Below, piece after piece: positions 30,549 through 40,345 of a DNA stretch of 62,370 nucleotides; position 1 is the stretch's first letter; every line of letters begins with the position of its first letter. Source of the stretch: Nanobdellati archaeon (GTDB lineage Archaea > EX4484-52 > GLR71); the NCBI GenBank assembly GCA_019429125.1, contig JAHYJO010000006.1, positions 1 to 62,370 of the forward strand, written 5' to 3'. The position numbers and the translations under genes are program-made. The notes below the pieces were generated by a model. The model did no database searches. It saw only the letters and a list, made by a program, of their open reading frames with translations, and was not told where the DNA came from.

Positions 30549-32528
30549 GTGTTCTATATGCTTATAGGCGAAGTTTACGGTAAGACAGGCACAAAAAAGT
30601 TCAGGTTCTACGCCTACAAAGAGATAAAAAAACAAGATTTTGTCACCATCAAAGACGAAGAAGGCCACTGGATTCTCTGCAAGGTAGACATAGTCGAAAG
30701 CATATCTGAAGACCGAAAGAACATAAAGAACATGGCAATCTCAGAAGTCATAGGCTACCGTGAAGACGGGATATTAAAAACCCTAAAAAAGCCTATACGC
30801 CCCAATTCTCTAGTATACAGCGCAGACAAGAAAATAATACAGGATACATTAAAGCTTGACAAGGGTGGGCTCTATATTGGTCTTCTTGACTCAAACAAAG
30901 ATGTAGAAGTATATCTTGACCCGAAAGGCCTAGTCACAAAACACGTGACAGTCCTTGCATCGACCGGTGCGGGAAAATCCTATACGGTAGCAGTCATCCT
31001 TGAAGAACTTCTTGAAAAGAAGATACCTATAGTCATCCTTGACCCTCATGGTGAATATATCAGCTTAAGATTTGCAAATGATGAAAAACGAGAACTTGAC
31101 CTGATGGACAATTACCGGATAAAGCCAAAAGCCTATAAGGTTGTAGAGTACAGCCCAGACCCAAGAGTCAACCCCGGTTCAGAACAGCTAACATTCTCTG
31201 ACAAGAACCTAGGGGCTATGGAACTCTCGCAAATCAGTCCTTCAAACACTACAGCGTCCCAGAAAGGTCTTCTTTTTACCGCGATAAGAGAACTTAAAGA
31301 TCGAGGCGACTACACGCTTAAAGACATAATAAACAAGATTGATCAGACTGAAAGTGCAGCTAAATGGAACCTGTTGAGCATGCTTGAACTTGTAAAAGAC
31401 ATAGGCATATTTTCAGACGAACCCACACATATTGATGACATGGTGGTGCCAGGTCAGGCAACCGTAATCAATTTCAGAGGCATCGCTCCAGAAATACAAG
31501 GCATCGTTGCCTATAAGCTTATCCACGACCTTTTCGAGTTGCGCAAAGTAGGACGAGTGCCTCCTCATTTCTTAATTCTTGAAGAGGCGCACAATTTCTG
31601 TCCTGAAAAAGAAGTTATAGTGTCTTCAAAAATAATAAGGACTATTGCATCTGAAGGCCGAAAGTTCGGTCTAGGTCTTTGCGTCATAAGCCAGCGACCA
31701 GCCCGTGTAGACAAAAACATCCTGTCTCAGTGCAACACACAGATTATATTAAAGATTACAAACCCCAACGACCTTAAAGCCGTAAGCTATGCAGAAGGCA
31801 TGACTGAAGGTGTCGAAAAAGAGATAACCAATCTGAATCCCGGAACAGCATTAATTTTAGGTCAAGGTCTGCCGTTGTTTGTAGACATAAGAGTACGGAA
31901 AACAAAACATGGTGGCACAACTGTAAACATAACTGAGCAGCCAAAGACTGGCAAGAAGATACTCTCTTTCAACACAATACCCAAAGCAAACATAGAATCA
32001 CGTCTTGGCGTCCTGAAAGTATTGTATTACCCCTGCTACTACATCGTAGCTGGTGTAAAGACCTATCTTTTCGAAGGCATGCAAGGTAACGTAATCTATA
32101 ATGAAAAAAATATAATAAAACAGCAAGAACTTGATTTCACAGCATCTGAGCTTGAACTCATGAAAGTCCTGACGGGTGAGATGACAACAGATCTTATATT
32201 GGAAAAATCAACTATATCTTTTGGTGAGCTTATAAATGTCCTTGCGACTATGATTGAAAAACATATTGTTAAAAAGAGGACAGATGACCGTGGTATTGAT
32301 TTATATGCCTCTGAAAACTCTTTTGTTATTCACCAATTCTCAGAGAAGCCAACACTTGTTGTGATTGATGGAGACATATTGAAGCCTAAACTGACAGAGG
32401 AACAGATATCCGAAAAGGCGAAAGCGCTATTCCCTAAAGTTGATACTGTCCAGTTGGCATACTATCCGTATTTCATGGGCAAGAATTTCATGATAGATGG
32501 GATAACCGGTCTCAAGAAAGACATTTAA
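30549..32528 (+). CDS. HerA/DUF87-family ATPase with N-terminal HAS barrel and C-terminal extension
   Basis: KHVTVLASTGAGKSY, ILDPHGEY, ILEEAHNF, IASEGRKFG, SQRPA, SQCNTQ. Confidence 0.92.
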   Translation: MFYMLIGEVYGKTGTKKFRFYAYKEIKKQDFVTIKDEEGHWILCKVDIVESISEDRKNIKNMAISEVIGYREDGILKTLKKPIRPNSLVYSADKKIIQDTLKLDKGGLYIGLLDSNKDVEVYLDPKGLVTKHVTVLASTGAGKSYTVAVILEELLEKKIPIVILDPHGEYISLRFANDEKRELDLMDNYRIKPKAYKVVEYSPDPRVNPGSEQLTFSDKNLGAMELSQISPSNTTASQKGLLFTAIRELKDRGDYTLKDIINKIDQTESAAKWNLLSMLELVKDIGIFSDEPTHIDDMVVPGQATVINFRGIAPEIQGIVAYKLIHDLFELRKVGRVPPHFLILEEAHNFCPEKEVIVSSKIIRTIASEGRKFGLGLCVISQRPARVDKNILSQCNTQIILKITNPNDLKAVSYAEGMTEGVEKEITNLNPGTALILGQGLPLFVDIRVRKTKHGGTTVNITEQPKTGKKILSFNTIPKANIESRLGVLKVLYYPCYYIVAGVKTYLFEGMQGNVIYNEKNIIKQQELDFTASELELMKVLTGEMTTDLILEKSTISFGELINVLATMIEKHIVKKRTDDRGIDLYASENSFVIHQFSEKPTLVVIDGDILKPKLTEEQISEKAKALFPKVDTVQLAYYPYFMGKNFMIDGITGLKKDI

Positions 32529-32605
32529 TAGTAAATTATAAATAATTAAAGCAAATAACAAACTATTAAATTATATTAAATCTTTTATTTGTTATAGAAA
32601 CACGG

Positions 32606-33310
32606 ATGAAAATACATTTAAACGATGGTCATCTAATTTATAGGACATTGAACTCTGTCGATGAAAACTCAAAAAGATTGATTATATTTGTCCATAGGCT
32701 GTCTGACAATGAAAACCATAGGCTTGTATTCAATGTATCCTGATATTTTAAAACAAAAGGTTTCCATACATTTAGGCCCAGCCTATATTGTGATGAAGAC
32801 AAAGCAAGATTGCTTGAAGATTGCAGTATTAGCACTTTTGTTAAATACATAAATTCTGTCATCTATTATTTCAAAGAAAAATACGATAAGATTTATCTGG
32901 CTTGTCACAGCTTAGGTTTTGTTATTTTGGATTGTGAAACCGATAATGTTGAACGTATAGCACTGTGGTATCCCTCTCTCTCATTAAAAAAAGATAGGAT
33001 AGATACTCTTCGTTATGAACCTAAGATACAGGCATATTTTATAAACTGGTGTATAAGTTTCATAATAAGTAAACAGTTGAAGATTGACTGGGAAAACATA
33101 AATGATTCCCAGCTGTTAAAGCATGTCACGAAACCTTTATGTATCCTGATGGCTGAAAAGAGCAACCTTAAAATTGATTGGAAAAGTAATTTAAAATATC
33201 TTAATGTTGAATCTGATTATACCGAAATTAATGGTGCTTCACACAGTTTTACTTAAGATGGCGTTGACGAAAAATTATTTGAAAATACATTAAAATGGTT
33301 CAATTTATAA
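32606..33310 (+). pseudogene. Alpha/beta hydrolase pseudogene
   Basis: LIIFVHRL.., CHSLG (decayed GHSLG), GASHSF; in-frame stops near 32741 and 33254. Confidence 0.75.
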
Positions 33311-33460
33311 TGCCTAATCTTTTGTTAAAAACACAAACAATATCGCCTGCTGAAATTTCAGTTTATATACATTTATCTTCTTGTAACATTACATTTCAAT
33401 CTATATTTTAGACAATAAAAACACATATATACACCACACACAAAAGTATATTAAGAATTG

Positions 33461-33541
33461 TGGTTGGGTCGGAAAGGAAATAACTTTAGAGGAAAAGTCC
33501 TCATAACATAATAATTGTGCGCTTTCCTTCCACCCAATCCA
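33461..33541 (+). ncRNA. Candidate structured RNA (three-way junction) upstream of MC1
   Basis: TGGTTGGGT-CGGAAAGGAAA pairs with TTTCCTTCC-ACCCAATCCA, enclosing hairpins GAGGA-aaag-TCCTC and CATAA-taa-TTGTG; TATA-like AAAAGTATATTAAG just upstream. Confidence 0.35.
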
Positions 33542-33653
33542 GGTGTATTTCTGGCATATTTTGATAAAATATGGTTACTGTATCTGTTTTAATCAAAAAC
33601 CCGCAACAGTTAATAATATATACTATCAAACCCTATTAGTGGTAGTGGTTATT

Positions 33654-33917
33654 ATGGCAGAACGACGAAATTTTGTATTATTGAAAAACGGAAAAGATAC
33701 AGATAGTGTCTTTACTGGAGCATCCCCAAGGCAAGCAGCTCTTAAGGCAGCAAACCGTGGACACAAGTCAATTGAACTTAGAGAAAGAGGAACAAAGAAA
33801 TTGCATATATTTACTGGTTCCAGAAATGAAGTAGCAGCGCCTGCAAACAGACCTGATTGGATGCCAGCAAAGATTTGGAAACCAAACGTAAAAAAGACAG
33901 GTATAAAAAAGCTTTGA
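33654..33917 (+). CDS. mc1: Non-histone chromosomal protein MC1
   Basis: RNFVL..VFTGASPRQAALKAANRG..LRERGTKKLHIF..P.NRP.WMP.KI.KP.VKK; start reassigned to the ATG at 33654. Confidence 0.93.
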   Translation: MAERRNFVLLKNGKDTDSVFTGASPRQAALKAANRGHKSIELRERGTKKLHIFTGSRNEVAAPANRPDWMPAKIWKPNVKKTGIKKL

Positions 33918-33934
33918 TTTAACTTTTATTTGAT

Positions 33935-33959
33935 TGGGTTTTTAAAAAACCCATTTTTT
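33935..33959 (+). terminator. Hairpin plus T-run downstream of mc1
   Basis: TGGGTTTTT/AAAAAACCCA inverted repeat followed by TTTTTT. Confidence 0.5.
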
Positions 33960-34069
33960 ATTATATTTTTATATGTTGGTCACAATTTCTTAATCGCCAA
34001 AAAACCCCAAACAATAAAAAACTATTGATAGTAATAATTATATCTAATTATAATTAAGGATAGATTGAT

Positions 34070-34678
34070 ATGAGAATTCTCTGCACATCCGATTTCCATG
34101 AGGAAGAAAAACTGGCAACTGCAGTATTGAACATAATCGAAAAGAAGAAGATAGACGTCTTCATAGGTGCTGGCGACTTCCACACAGACACATTCACCGC
34201 AAAATTCTTGAAACGTATAAAAATCAAAGGTTTTGTAGTCTCTGGCAACTGGGACTATGTCACATTCACAAACAAGTACATATCATCAATTGACTGGGGT
34301 ATAGAAGCGCATGGTGGCTATCACTTTTTTTGTGTGGGCAACCATTTCCCCCTAGACTTCGCAAAAGTTGCAGACAAAATGACAAAAGATATAGACCCCA
34401 AGAAACTAATCTTTGTGACACATTACCCTCCTTACGGAATCCTTGACCGCCTCTGGAATGGCAGGTCTGTAGGTTACCCTGAATTTCTTGATTTCATTAG
34501 ACTGAAAAAACCGACCCTACATGTGTTCGGTCACATTCATGAGGATACAGGCATTGAAAACGAAAAAGAGAAAGGTACGACCTGTATCAATTGCGCACTC
34601 GCTTCAAGCAGGAAAGCATACATAGTGGAGATGCCCGGAAAAAAGATTGAAGAAGTTGACCTGAATGATTTCATGTGA
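34070..34678 (+). CDS. Calcineurin-like metallophosphoesterase
   Basis: SDFH, AGD, GNWD, THYPP, FGHIHE. Confidence 0.92.
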   Translation: MRILCTSDFHEEEKLATAVLNIIEKKKIDVFIGAGDFHTDTFTAKFLKRIKIKGFVVSGNWDYVTFTNKYISSIDWGIEAHGGYHFFCVGNHFPLDFAKVADKMTKDIDPKKLIFVTHYPPYGILDRLWNGRSVGYPEFLDFIRLKKPTLHVFGHIHEDTGIENEKEKGTTCINCALASSRKAYIVEMPGKKIEEVDLNDFM

Positions 34679-36040
34679 TTGATGATGACTACAAAGAGAC
34701 AGATATTTGAGGTATTTATGATATTATCAATAATCGCAATCAGCGGTTGCACCCAACCCTCTAATACTTTCAAACTCGAAAAAACATTCTCGATAGATAC
34801 AACCTATCCAACAGGGCTTATCCCTCAATGCGAGTCAGGTCTTATAGACAAAAATTCTTGTTACCTTGACACAGCAATCAATACAAAAAATGTATCTTAC
34901 TGCCTCAATGTAAACAGCCAGAGGTCAATCCCTGAGTGCATAACTACATACGCAATAAAGACAGATAATGTGACTGCCTGCACAACTTCTTACATGTTTA
35001 CAGATAATGCGCGCATGATATCTCTCACAAACGATTACAGATACAAATGCTATTATGATTACGCTTTTGCAAAAAAAGAAAGAGCTATATGCAACCTAAT
35101 TGAACTCCAAAACGAAGAAGCAAAACTACTCAAAAGTTACTGTTTCGCAGTATTTGATAAAGATACAGATGCTTGCAGTAAATTAGAAGTTAATTATTAT
35201 CTTAGGAACGAATATGACCAGATACAGGGCGATTGCCAGATAGAAGTTGCGATACGCACAAAAGACGCAACCCTTTGTGAATCCGCCCTTGAAAATGAGA
35301 AAGGTCCATACGGTCCATACCTTGACCGTAAGATGGATGGTGTCTTTCTCACCGATTGTTATTCAAAAGTTGCGCCCGCAGTAAACAATAAAAATCTATG
35401 CGATAACTCAAATACTTATCCATACAAACACATCCCTTGTATTGGTGCATTCATTCAGCCTGAAGAGGTCACAGACTTCTGCAACACATACAAGCCTAAT
35501 TTTATCACAGGCTACAACATGGACGCACAGTGCGTAAAGAATCTTGTCTCAGGAAAAGATAATAGTTTCTGCAATAATATACAAGACCGAAAAGACCGAA
35601 TCCAATGCCTTGACACCTTATGTCAGCCCCCATACACCGACTGCAGGAATCGATATAAAACATTATTTGATAAAACCTCTTGCGACCAGACAACAACTTA
35701 CGACCTAAACACAGACTCAGTTGACTACGGACACATCTGGAGTGGTTACGCAGGTGGCGCATGCATAACCAACATTGCACTAAAAACAAATAACCCCGAC
35801 CTATGTAAAACAATAACAAACGAGGCATACCGGAATAAGTGTTATGTAGATTATGCGCACATGACAAAAGACGCAAAATATTGTGCAACACTGACAATAA
35901 CAAAGGCAAAATCCGACTGCTACACACCTTTTGCAGTCTATGATATGGACGAGACCTACTGTGTAAATATTGACACAAATGAAACCATAATCCAATCCTG
36001 CCTTGATAAGATTGCATCAATCAGTGGCCAAGAGAAATAA
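34679..36040 (+). CDS. Cys-rich repeat surface lipoprotein-like protein
   Basis: Lipobox-like ISGC; about 10 repeats of the type CY..A....D...C..I. Confidence 0.8.
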   Translation: MMMTTKRQIFEVFMILSIIAISGCTQPSNTFKLEKTFSIDTTYPTGLIPQCESGLIDKNSCYLDTAINTKNVSYCLNVNSQRSIPECITTYAIKTDNVTACTTSYMFTDNARMISLTNDYRYKCYYDYAFAKKERAICNLIELQNEEAKLLKSYCFAVFDKDTDACSKLEVNYYLRNEYDQIQGDCQIEVAIRTKDATLCESALENEKGPYGPYLDRKMDGVFLTDCYSKVAPAVNNKNLCDNSNTYPYKHIPCIGAFIQPEEVTDFCNTYKPNFITGYNMDAQCVKNLVSGKDNSFCNNIQDRKDRIQCLDTLCQPPYTDCRNRYKTLFDKTSCDQTTTYDLNTDSVDYGHIWSGYAGGACITNIALKTNNPDLCKTITNEAYRNKCYVDYAHMTKDAKYCATLTITKAKSDCYTPFAVYDMDETYCVNIDTNETIIQSCLDKIASISGQEK

Positions 36041-36058
36041 TAAACAAAAACTGTTATG

Positions 36059-36634
36059 TCAGACAAATAAAACAGACACCCAGTCACCAACAAAATGTGT
36101 AATCACAATAACGACAACAGCAATCAATAGGTGTTCTGTTATAACTTTCCACGGCTTTTCTTTACCCTCTTTTGAGATGACATAACTCAATATTGCAAGA
36201 AGTGACAGCCCATATACCACAGACACTATTATCGCAGTCAAAAGATCAAATAGTAATAGTGGTATAAGGAACGTGAGTGCGAACAGGAACTTAGACAAAA
36301 ATGTTGATAGTGTGGCTTCCCATATCTCTTTGTGTGTGTGGTGATTCTCAGATTCTTTTGATATATGTATTCCTAGCGCGTCAGAAAATGCATCAGCTAT
36401 AGCAATAGTCACAACACCTCCTGCAACTGCGAGGGTAGAATTGGTACCTGAATGAAGCCCTACCATAAGTCCTAGTGTCGTGATGATTCCTGAAGTCAGC
36501 CCGAAACAAAGTCCAGTTTTCCATGAGCTGTTCATGGTCGTGAATTTATCTTTCATGGCAGTAAAACCTAATTTAAATCCTGTATCTATGTCTGTATCTA
36601 AAGGAATATCAATTGTTTTCGAGGTATCATCCAT
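36059..36634 (-). CDS. VIT1/CCC1-like membrane protein
   Basis: FGLTSGIITTLGLMVGL, IAIADAFSDALGIHISKESE, EHLLIA. Confidence 0.85.
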   Translation of the reverse strand: MDDTSKTIDIPLDTDIDTGFKLGFTAMKDKFTTMNSSWKTGLCFGLTSGIITTLGLMVGLHSGTNSTLAVAGGVVTIAIADAFSDALGIHISKESENHHTHKEIWEATLSTFLSKFLFALTFLIPLLLFDLLTAIIVSVVYGLSLLAILSYVISKEGKEKPWKVITEHLLIAVVVIVITHFVGDWVSVLFV

Positions 36635-36710
36635 AATCCTTTTAATTTAATAAGATGCTATAAATACTTTTTGTATGTAAGGGGATAATCAATAACGATT
36701 TAATCTCTTT

Positions 36711-37247
36711 TTAAAAATCAGTAATCTGTTTTATTTTTGTTGTTTTTGGATATTCTTTTCTGCGTTTTAAGTTCAGGTCAAAAAATACAGATAATGCCTC
36801 AGTTACCTTAATAAAAGTTAACAGTTCTGTTTCATTAAATTCATCAACCCCATTATACTCAACTAAAAAATAAGGTTTAGAATAATTCTCACATTCTTCA
36901 TAATCAAATCCAAGACCTATAACACCTTCAAATTCTTTATTCTCTTTAAACTTATCCATATCAATTTCTGAAATTATTTTTCCAATATGTCCTAAACGGA
37001 AAGACTTACTATCTGCTGGTTTAAAACTAATATAATTTATGTTACTCTCTAAACAATACATAAGTGTGTCTTTTGAACCCATATATTCAATTAACTCATA
37101 AAGTAAATTCATACATGCATCTATATTTTTATCAGAATAACCATTTTCAACATATTTTCCAAAAGTAGGCAAATCTTTAACCCAAGCATCAATCTGCCCA
37201 ATGTAATTATCAATTTTGGATATTTTTTCATCACTTGAAGATATCAT
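36711..37247 (-). CDS. Hypothetical protein
   Basis: 178-aa acidic ORF, no recognised motif. Confidence 0.55.
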   Translation of the reverse strand: MISSSDEKISKIDNYIGQIDAWVKDLPTFGKYVENGYSDKNIDACMNLLYELIEYMGSKDTLMYCLESNINYISFKPADSKSFRLGHIGKIISEIDMDKFKENKEFEGVIGLGFDYEECENYSKPYFLVEYNGVDEFNETELLTFIKVTEALSVFFDLNLKRRKEYPKTTKIKQITDF

Positions 37248-37339
37248 AATATAAATGATATGAATAATAATAAAAACATTTGTAATTTTAACATAAATAA
37301 GATTTATATTTAAATCTCATCTAATAAAAATAAACCAAT

Positions 37340-37411
37340 GGGCTGGTAGTTCAGTGGTAGAATGCCTGCTCGGCATGTAGGAGGCCGCGAGTTCGAGTCT
37401 CGCCCAGTCCA
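37340..37411 (+). tRNA. tRNA-Ala(GGC)
   Basis: Full cloverleaf: GGGCTGG/CCAGTCC acceptor with G3:U70, CCTGC-TCGGCAT-GTAGG anticodon arm, GCGAG-TTCGAGT-CTCGC T arm; no encoded CCA. Confidence 0.93.
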
Positions 37412-37437
37412 TCAAGCGATGCTCCCTTGAGGTGCAC

Positions 37438-37474
37438 ATGACATTCGGCTCAAAAGAAAAAGAGCCGAAGTCAT
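37438..37474 (+). terminator. Stable hairpin downstream of tRNA-Ala
   Basis: ATGAC-a-TTCGGCTC / GAGCCGAA-GTCAT with an A-rich loop. Confidence 0.45.
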
Positions 37475-37535
37475 TTAGTTATCTGATAATCCTAAACATC
37501 ATCAATTTATATCTTTTATCTGCGCAATCAACATT

Positions 37536-37952
37536 ATGAACATATACTTTGCAGGATCCATCCGTGGTGGAAGGGCTGTTGTAGGTTCTTATTCACACCT
37601 AATAGAACACCAAAAAAAATTCGGGACAGTCTTGACCGTGCATGTCAGCGATGACAATCTTTTGCGCAAAGTTGACGACAATAACACTGATATATACATA
37701 CCCGACCGCGACATGGCCTGACTTTTATCCTCTGACGTATTCATTGCAGAAGTCACAACTCCGAGCTTGAGTGTTAGTTATGAAATTGGCAGAGCAATCG
37801 AAGCCAAAAAGCACATACTATGTTTATTTCAAAAACAAGAAGATAAAAAACTCTCAGCAATGATTAAGGGATACAACGAAATAACAGTAAAAGCATATGA
37901 CACAATAGATGACGCAAAATCCATAATTGATGGGTTCTTAAAAGCAATCTGA
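37536..37952 (+). pseudogene. Nucleoside 2-deoxyribosyltransferase / DNPH1 (Rcl) family gene with one in-frame stop
   Basis: MNIYFAGSIRGGR..RDMA*LLSSDVFIAEVTTPSLSVSYEIG..LSAMI.G; TGA at 37719-37721 replaces the conserved Trp. Confidence 0.85.
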
Positions 37953-37973
37953 AAATATTATAACATTTATTAC

Positions 37974-38489
37974 TCATAATTGTTCCAAAACATACAGTAC
38001 TCCCGGGTGCACATCAAGTTCTGATAACTTATCAATCTCAAACCATCCATACTTGTCATGTTCCCAATTAAGTCTCGGAACAAATAATCCTTTTTCAGCA
38101 GCATCAATCTCTAAAATATATGTTTCATATGTGAAATCAGTACCCTCTTTAGAATATACGTATGGTCCTTGTAGTATTTTCCCTTTAGGCAGAGAACCCA
38201 TCTCTTCCCGTGATTCAACAACAGCAGTCACTAATGACTTTTCTAAACTATTTCCTATAATATTCCGTGCACCTCCCGTAATACCCCAATATCCAGAATC
38301 ATGAACTAATCCAGAACGTTTAAACAATAGGACTTCCTGGTATTCTGGTGAAAGTATAAGCAATCCTGCACCACCAAGACCCCAAGTATTTGTTTCATCA
38401 AGATGATGTACCAAACCGACCTCCCTCGCATCCTTTGAACTAAATAATCTCGAATATTGTTCATATAAGATATAATCTGTATCAGCCAT
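37974..38489 (-). CDS. NUDIX hydrolase
   Basis: GAGLLI, LLFKRS, WGITGGA..AVVESREEMG, LNWEH..GWF, HPG. Confidence 0.85.
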   Translation of the reverse strand: MADTDYILYEQYSRLFSSKDAREVGLVHHLDETNTWGLGGAGLLILSPEYQEVLLFKRSGLVHDSGYWGITGGARNIIGNSLEKSLVTAVVESREEMGSLPKGKILQGPYVYSKEGTDFTYETYILEIDAAEKGLFVPRLNWEHDKYGWFEIDKLSELDVHPGVLYVLEQL

Positions 38490-38624
38490 AGATATATTTT
38501 AAGTATATTTAATTTTTTAAATGAATCTTTGTGTTTAATACACTTCTTGACCAATGCAAATTAATTTTTTAAAACATAATAATTTAAATTATTACAAATC
38601 CAATATATAACATAGGTGTTTTCT

Positions 38625-39206
38625 ATGGATGAAACAATAAAGAATTTGGCACGTGCTTTCGTTGGGGAGAGCCAGGCAAGGAATAGGTATACAATGTACG
38701 CAAAAATTGCAAAGAAAGAAGGGCTTGAACAGATTTCAGAACTATTTATTTTGACAGCTGACAATGAACGGGAACACGCAAGCTGGTTCATGAAACTTAT
38801 TCAGGTGCTTAAAGAAAAACAAGGGAATAAAGAAGACATAATAGTAGATTCAGAAGTACCAACAACTGTATCAACCACTGAAGAAAATCTCAAGGCAGCA
38901 ATTGCCGGCGAGCATTTTGAGCATGGGACATTGTATCCTGATTTCGCAAAAATAGCGGAGAAAGAAGGTTTTGATGAAATAGCTGCACGGTTTAGAGCTA
39001 TAGCCAAAGCGGAAAAGCACCACGAACAAAGATACATAACACTTCTAAAAGAGCTTCAAGAAGGAACTCTCTTTAAGAAGGACACTGAAATTGAATGGGT
39101 ATGCAGAAATTGCGGTTATACGTATACTGGAAAAAATGCACCAAAAGTATGTCCATCCTGTAATCATCCACAAGCATATTTTGAGGTAAACTGCGAAAAA
39201 TACTAA
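38625..39206 (+). CDS. rbr: Rubrerythrin
   Basis: [34 protein letters not shown]-terminal WVCRNCG..CPSCNHP. Confidence 0.96.
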   Translation: MDETIKNLARAFVGESQARNRYTMYAKIAKKEGLEQISELFILTADNEREHASWFMKLIQVLKEKQGNKEDIIVDSEVPTTVSTTEENLKAAIAGEHFEHGTLYPDFAKIAEKEGFDEIAARFRAIAKAEKHHEQRYITLLKELQEGTLFKKDTEIEWVCRNCGYTYTGKNAPKVCPSCNHPQAYFEVNCEKY

Positions 39207-39310
39207 ATTTTGTGGATAAAACCCAACTTTAATCATTTTTTAACACAAAATGCAGAAAGGATTATATATTTTAGACTCTATATTATACTATATAAAGGGG
39301 TGTATTTTAT

Positions 39311-39547
39311 ATGAAATTGGAAGTTATTGAAAAGATAGCAGCATTGATTACTGTAGCATTCGGTCTTATTGCAGCTCTTGCATGGAACGATGCAATCAAA
39401 GCCATTTTTAAGCAAGTTTTTGGTTCCGCAGATACAATAGCACCTATGGTGACCTATGCAGTTATTGTGACAATTGTGGCAGTTTACGCAACAATCTGGA
39501 TTGGCCGGGTTGCAGAAAAAATAAAAACGGTGCCTTCAAGACCATAA
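39311..39547 (+). CDS. DUF5654-like small membrane protein
   Basis: AFGLIAALAWNDAIK..YAVIVTIVAV. Confidence 0.85.
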   Translation: MKLEVIEKIAALITVAFGLIAALAWNDAIKAIFKQVFGSADTIAPMVTYAVIVTIVAVYATIWIGRVAEKIKTVPSRP

Positions 39548-39678
39548 GTCCTACATACAATTTAGATAATAGGATTGTAGATTTTTTTATATAGGTTGCA
39601 AAAAGTGCAACCTTATTTTTTATTTTGTTATCAATTAGAAATATATCAATTCAACTGATTTTAATAGGGGTGTTAAAA

Positions 39679-40284
39679 ATGAAATGCGCAACATATTATT
39701 ATTTTCCAGACCTGCCTTATGGCTACGGCGACCTTGCGCCTTACATGTCAGAAGCGCAGTTGAGGATACATTATCTCAAGCACCATAGCGCCTATGTGTC
39801 CGCTTCAAATTCAATCATAGAAAAGATTTGCGCATCAAGGTGCGACAATTCAGTAATTGACCAGAAATCCATATTGAAAAACCTCTCATTCAACATAGGT
39901 GGTAATATACTTCACAGCCTATTCTGGAACAATCTAGCACCCAAAGGCAAAGGCGGAAAATTAGAAGGAACTCCTTTAGAAAAAATGATAATGGATGATT
40001 TCAAGACTGTTGAACGTTTCAAGAAAGAGTTCAGTGATACTGCCACAAGCGTTGAAGGTTCCGGTTGGGCTGCGCTAACCCTATGTCCTGAAACCGACCG
40101 TCTGATGCTGATGCAGATAGAGAAGCACAATCAGAATCTATATCCAGGTCACAGGATTTTATTGGTTCTTGATGTCTTTGAGCATGCATACTACCTTGAT
40201 TACAAGAACGACCGCGCAAAGTACATCGAAAGTTTCTGGAACATCATCAACTGGGATGAAGTAAACAGACGGCTTAAAAATTAG
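39679..40284 (+). CDS. sod: Fe/Mn superoxide dismutase
   Basis: LPYGY..L.PY.S, HYLKHH.AYV, HSLFW, GSGWA, DVFEHAYY.DYKN.R. Confidence 0.96.
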   Translation: MKCATYYYFPDLPYGYGDLAPYMSEAQLRIHYLKHHSAYVSASNSIIEKICASRCDNSVIDQKSILKNLSFNIGGNILHSLFWNNLAPKGKGGKLEGTPLEKMIMDDFKTVERFKKEFSDTATSVEGSGWAALTLCPETDRLMLMQIEKHNQNLYPGHRILLVLDVFEHAYYLDYKNDRAKYIESFWNIINWDEVNRRLKN

Positions 40285-40345
40285 GTTTTTATCCTAATTA
40301 CTAACACTCATTCACCCTTTTAAATTTAGGAATCTAAATATATCC

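Noticed and set aside
33489-33500. RNase P RNA (GAGGAAAAGTCC resembles the GAGGAAAGUCC motif) or a hammerhead ribozyme
   Set aside because: Extra A, motif closed in a local hairpin, no 3' P4 partner found, element too short; no CUGANGA/GAAA core on either strand
37719-37721. TGA at a conserved Trp position, suggesting an alternative genetic code or readthrough
   Set aside because: Many intact genes here end in TGA and use TGG for Trp; the same gene has other decay-like changes (GVGYE to SVSYE), so a nonsense mutation is simpler
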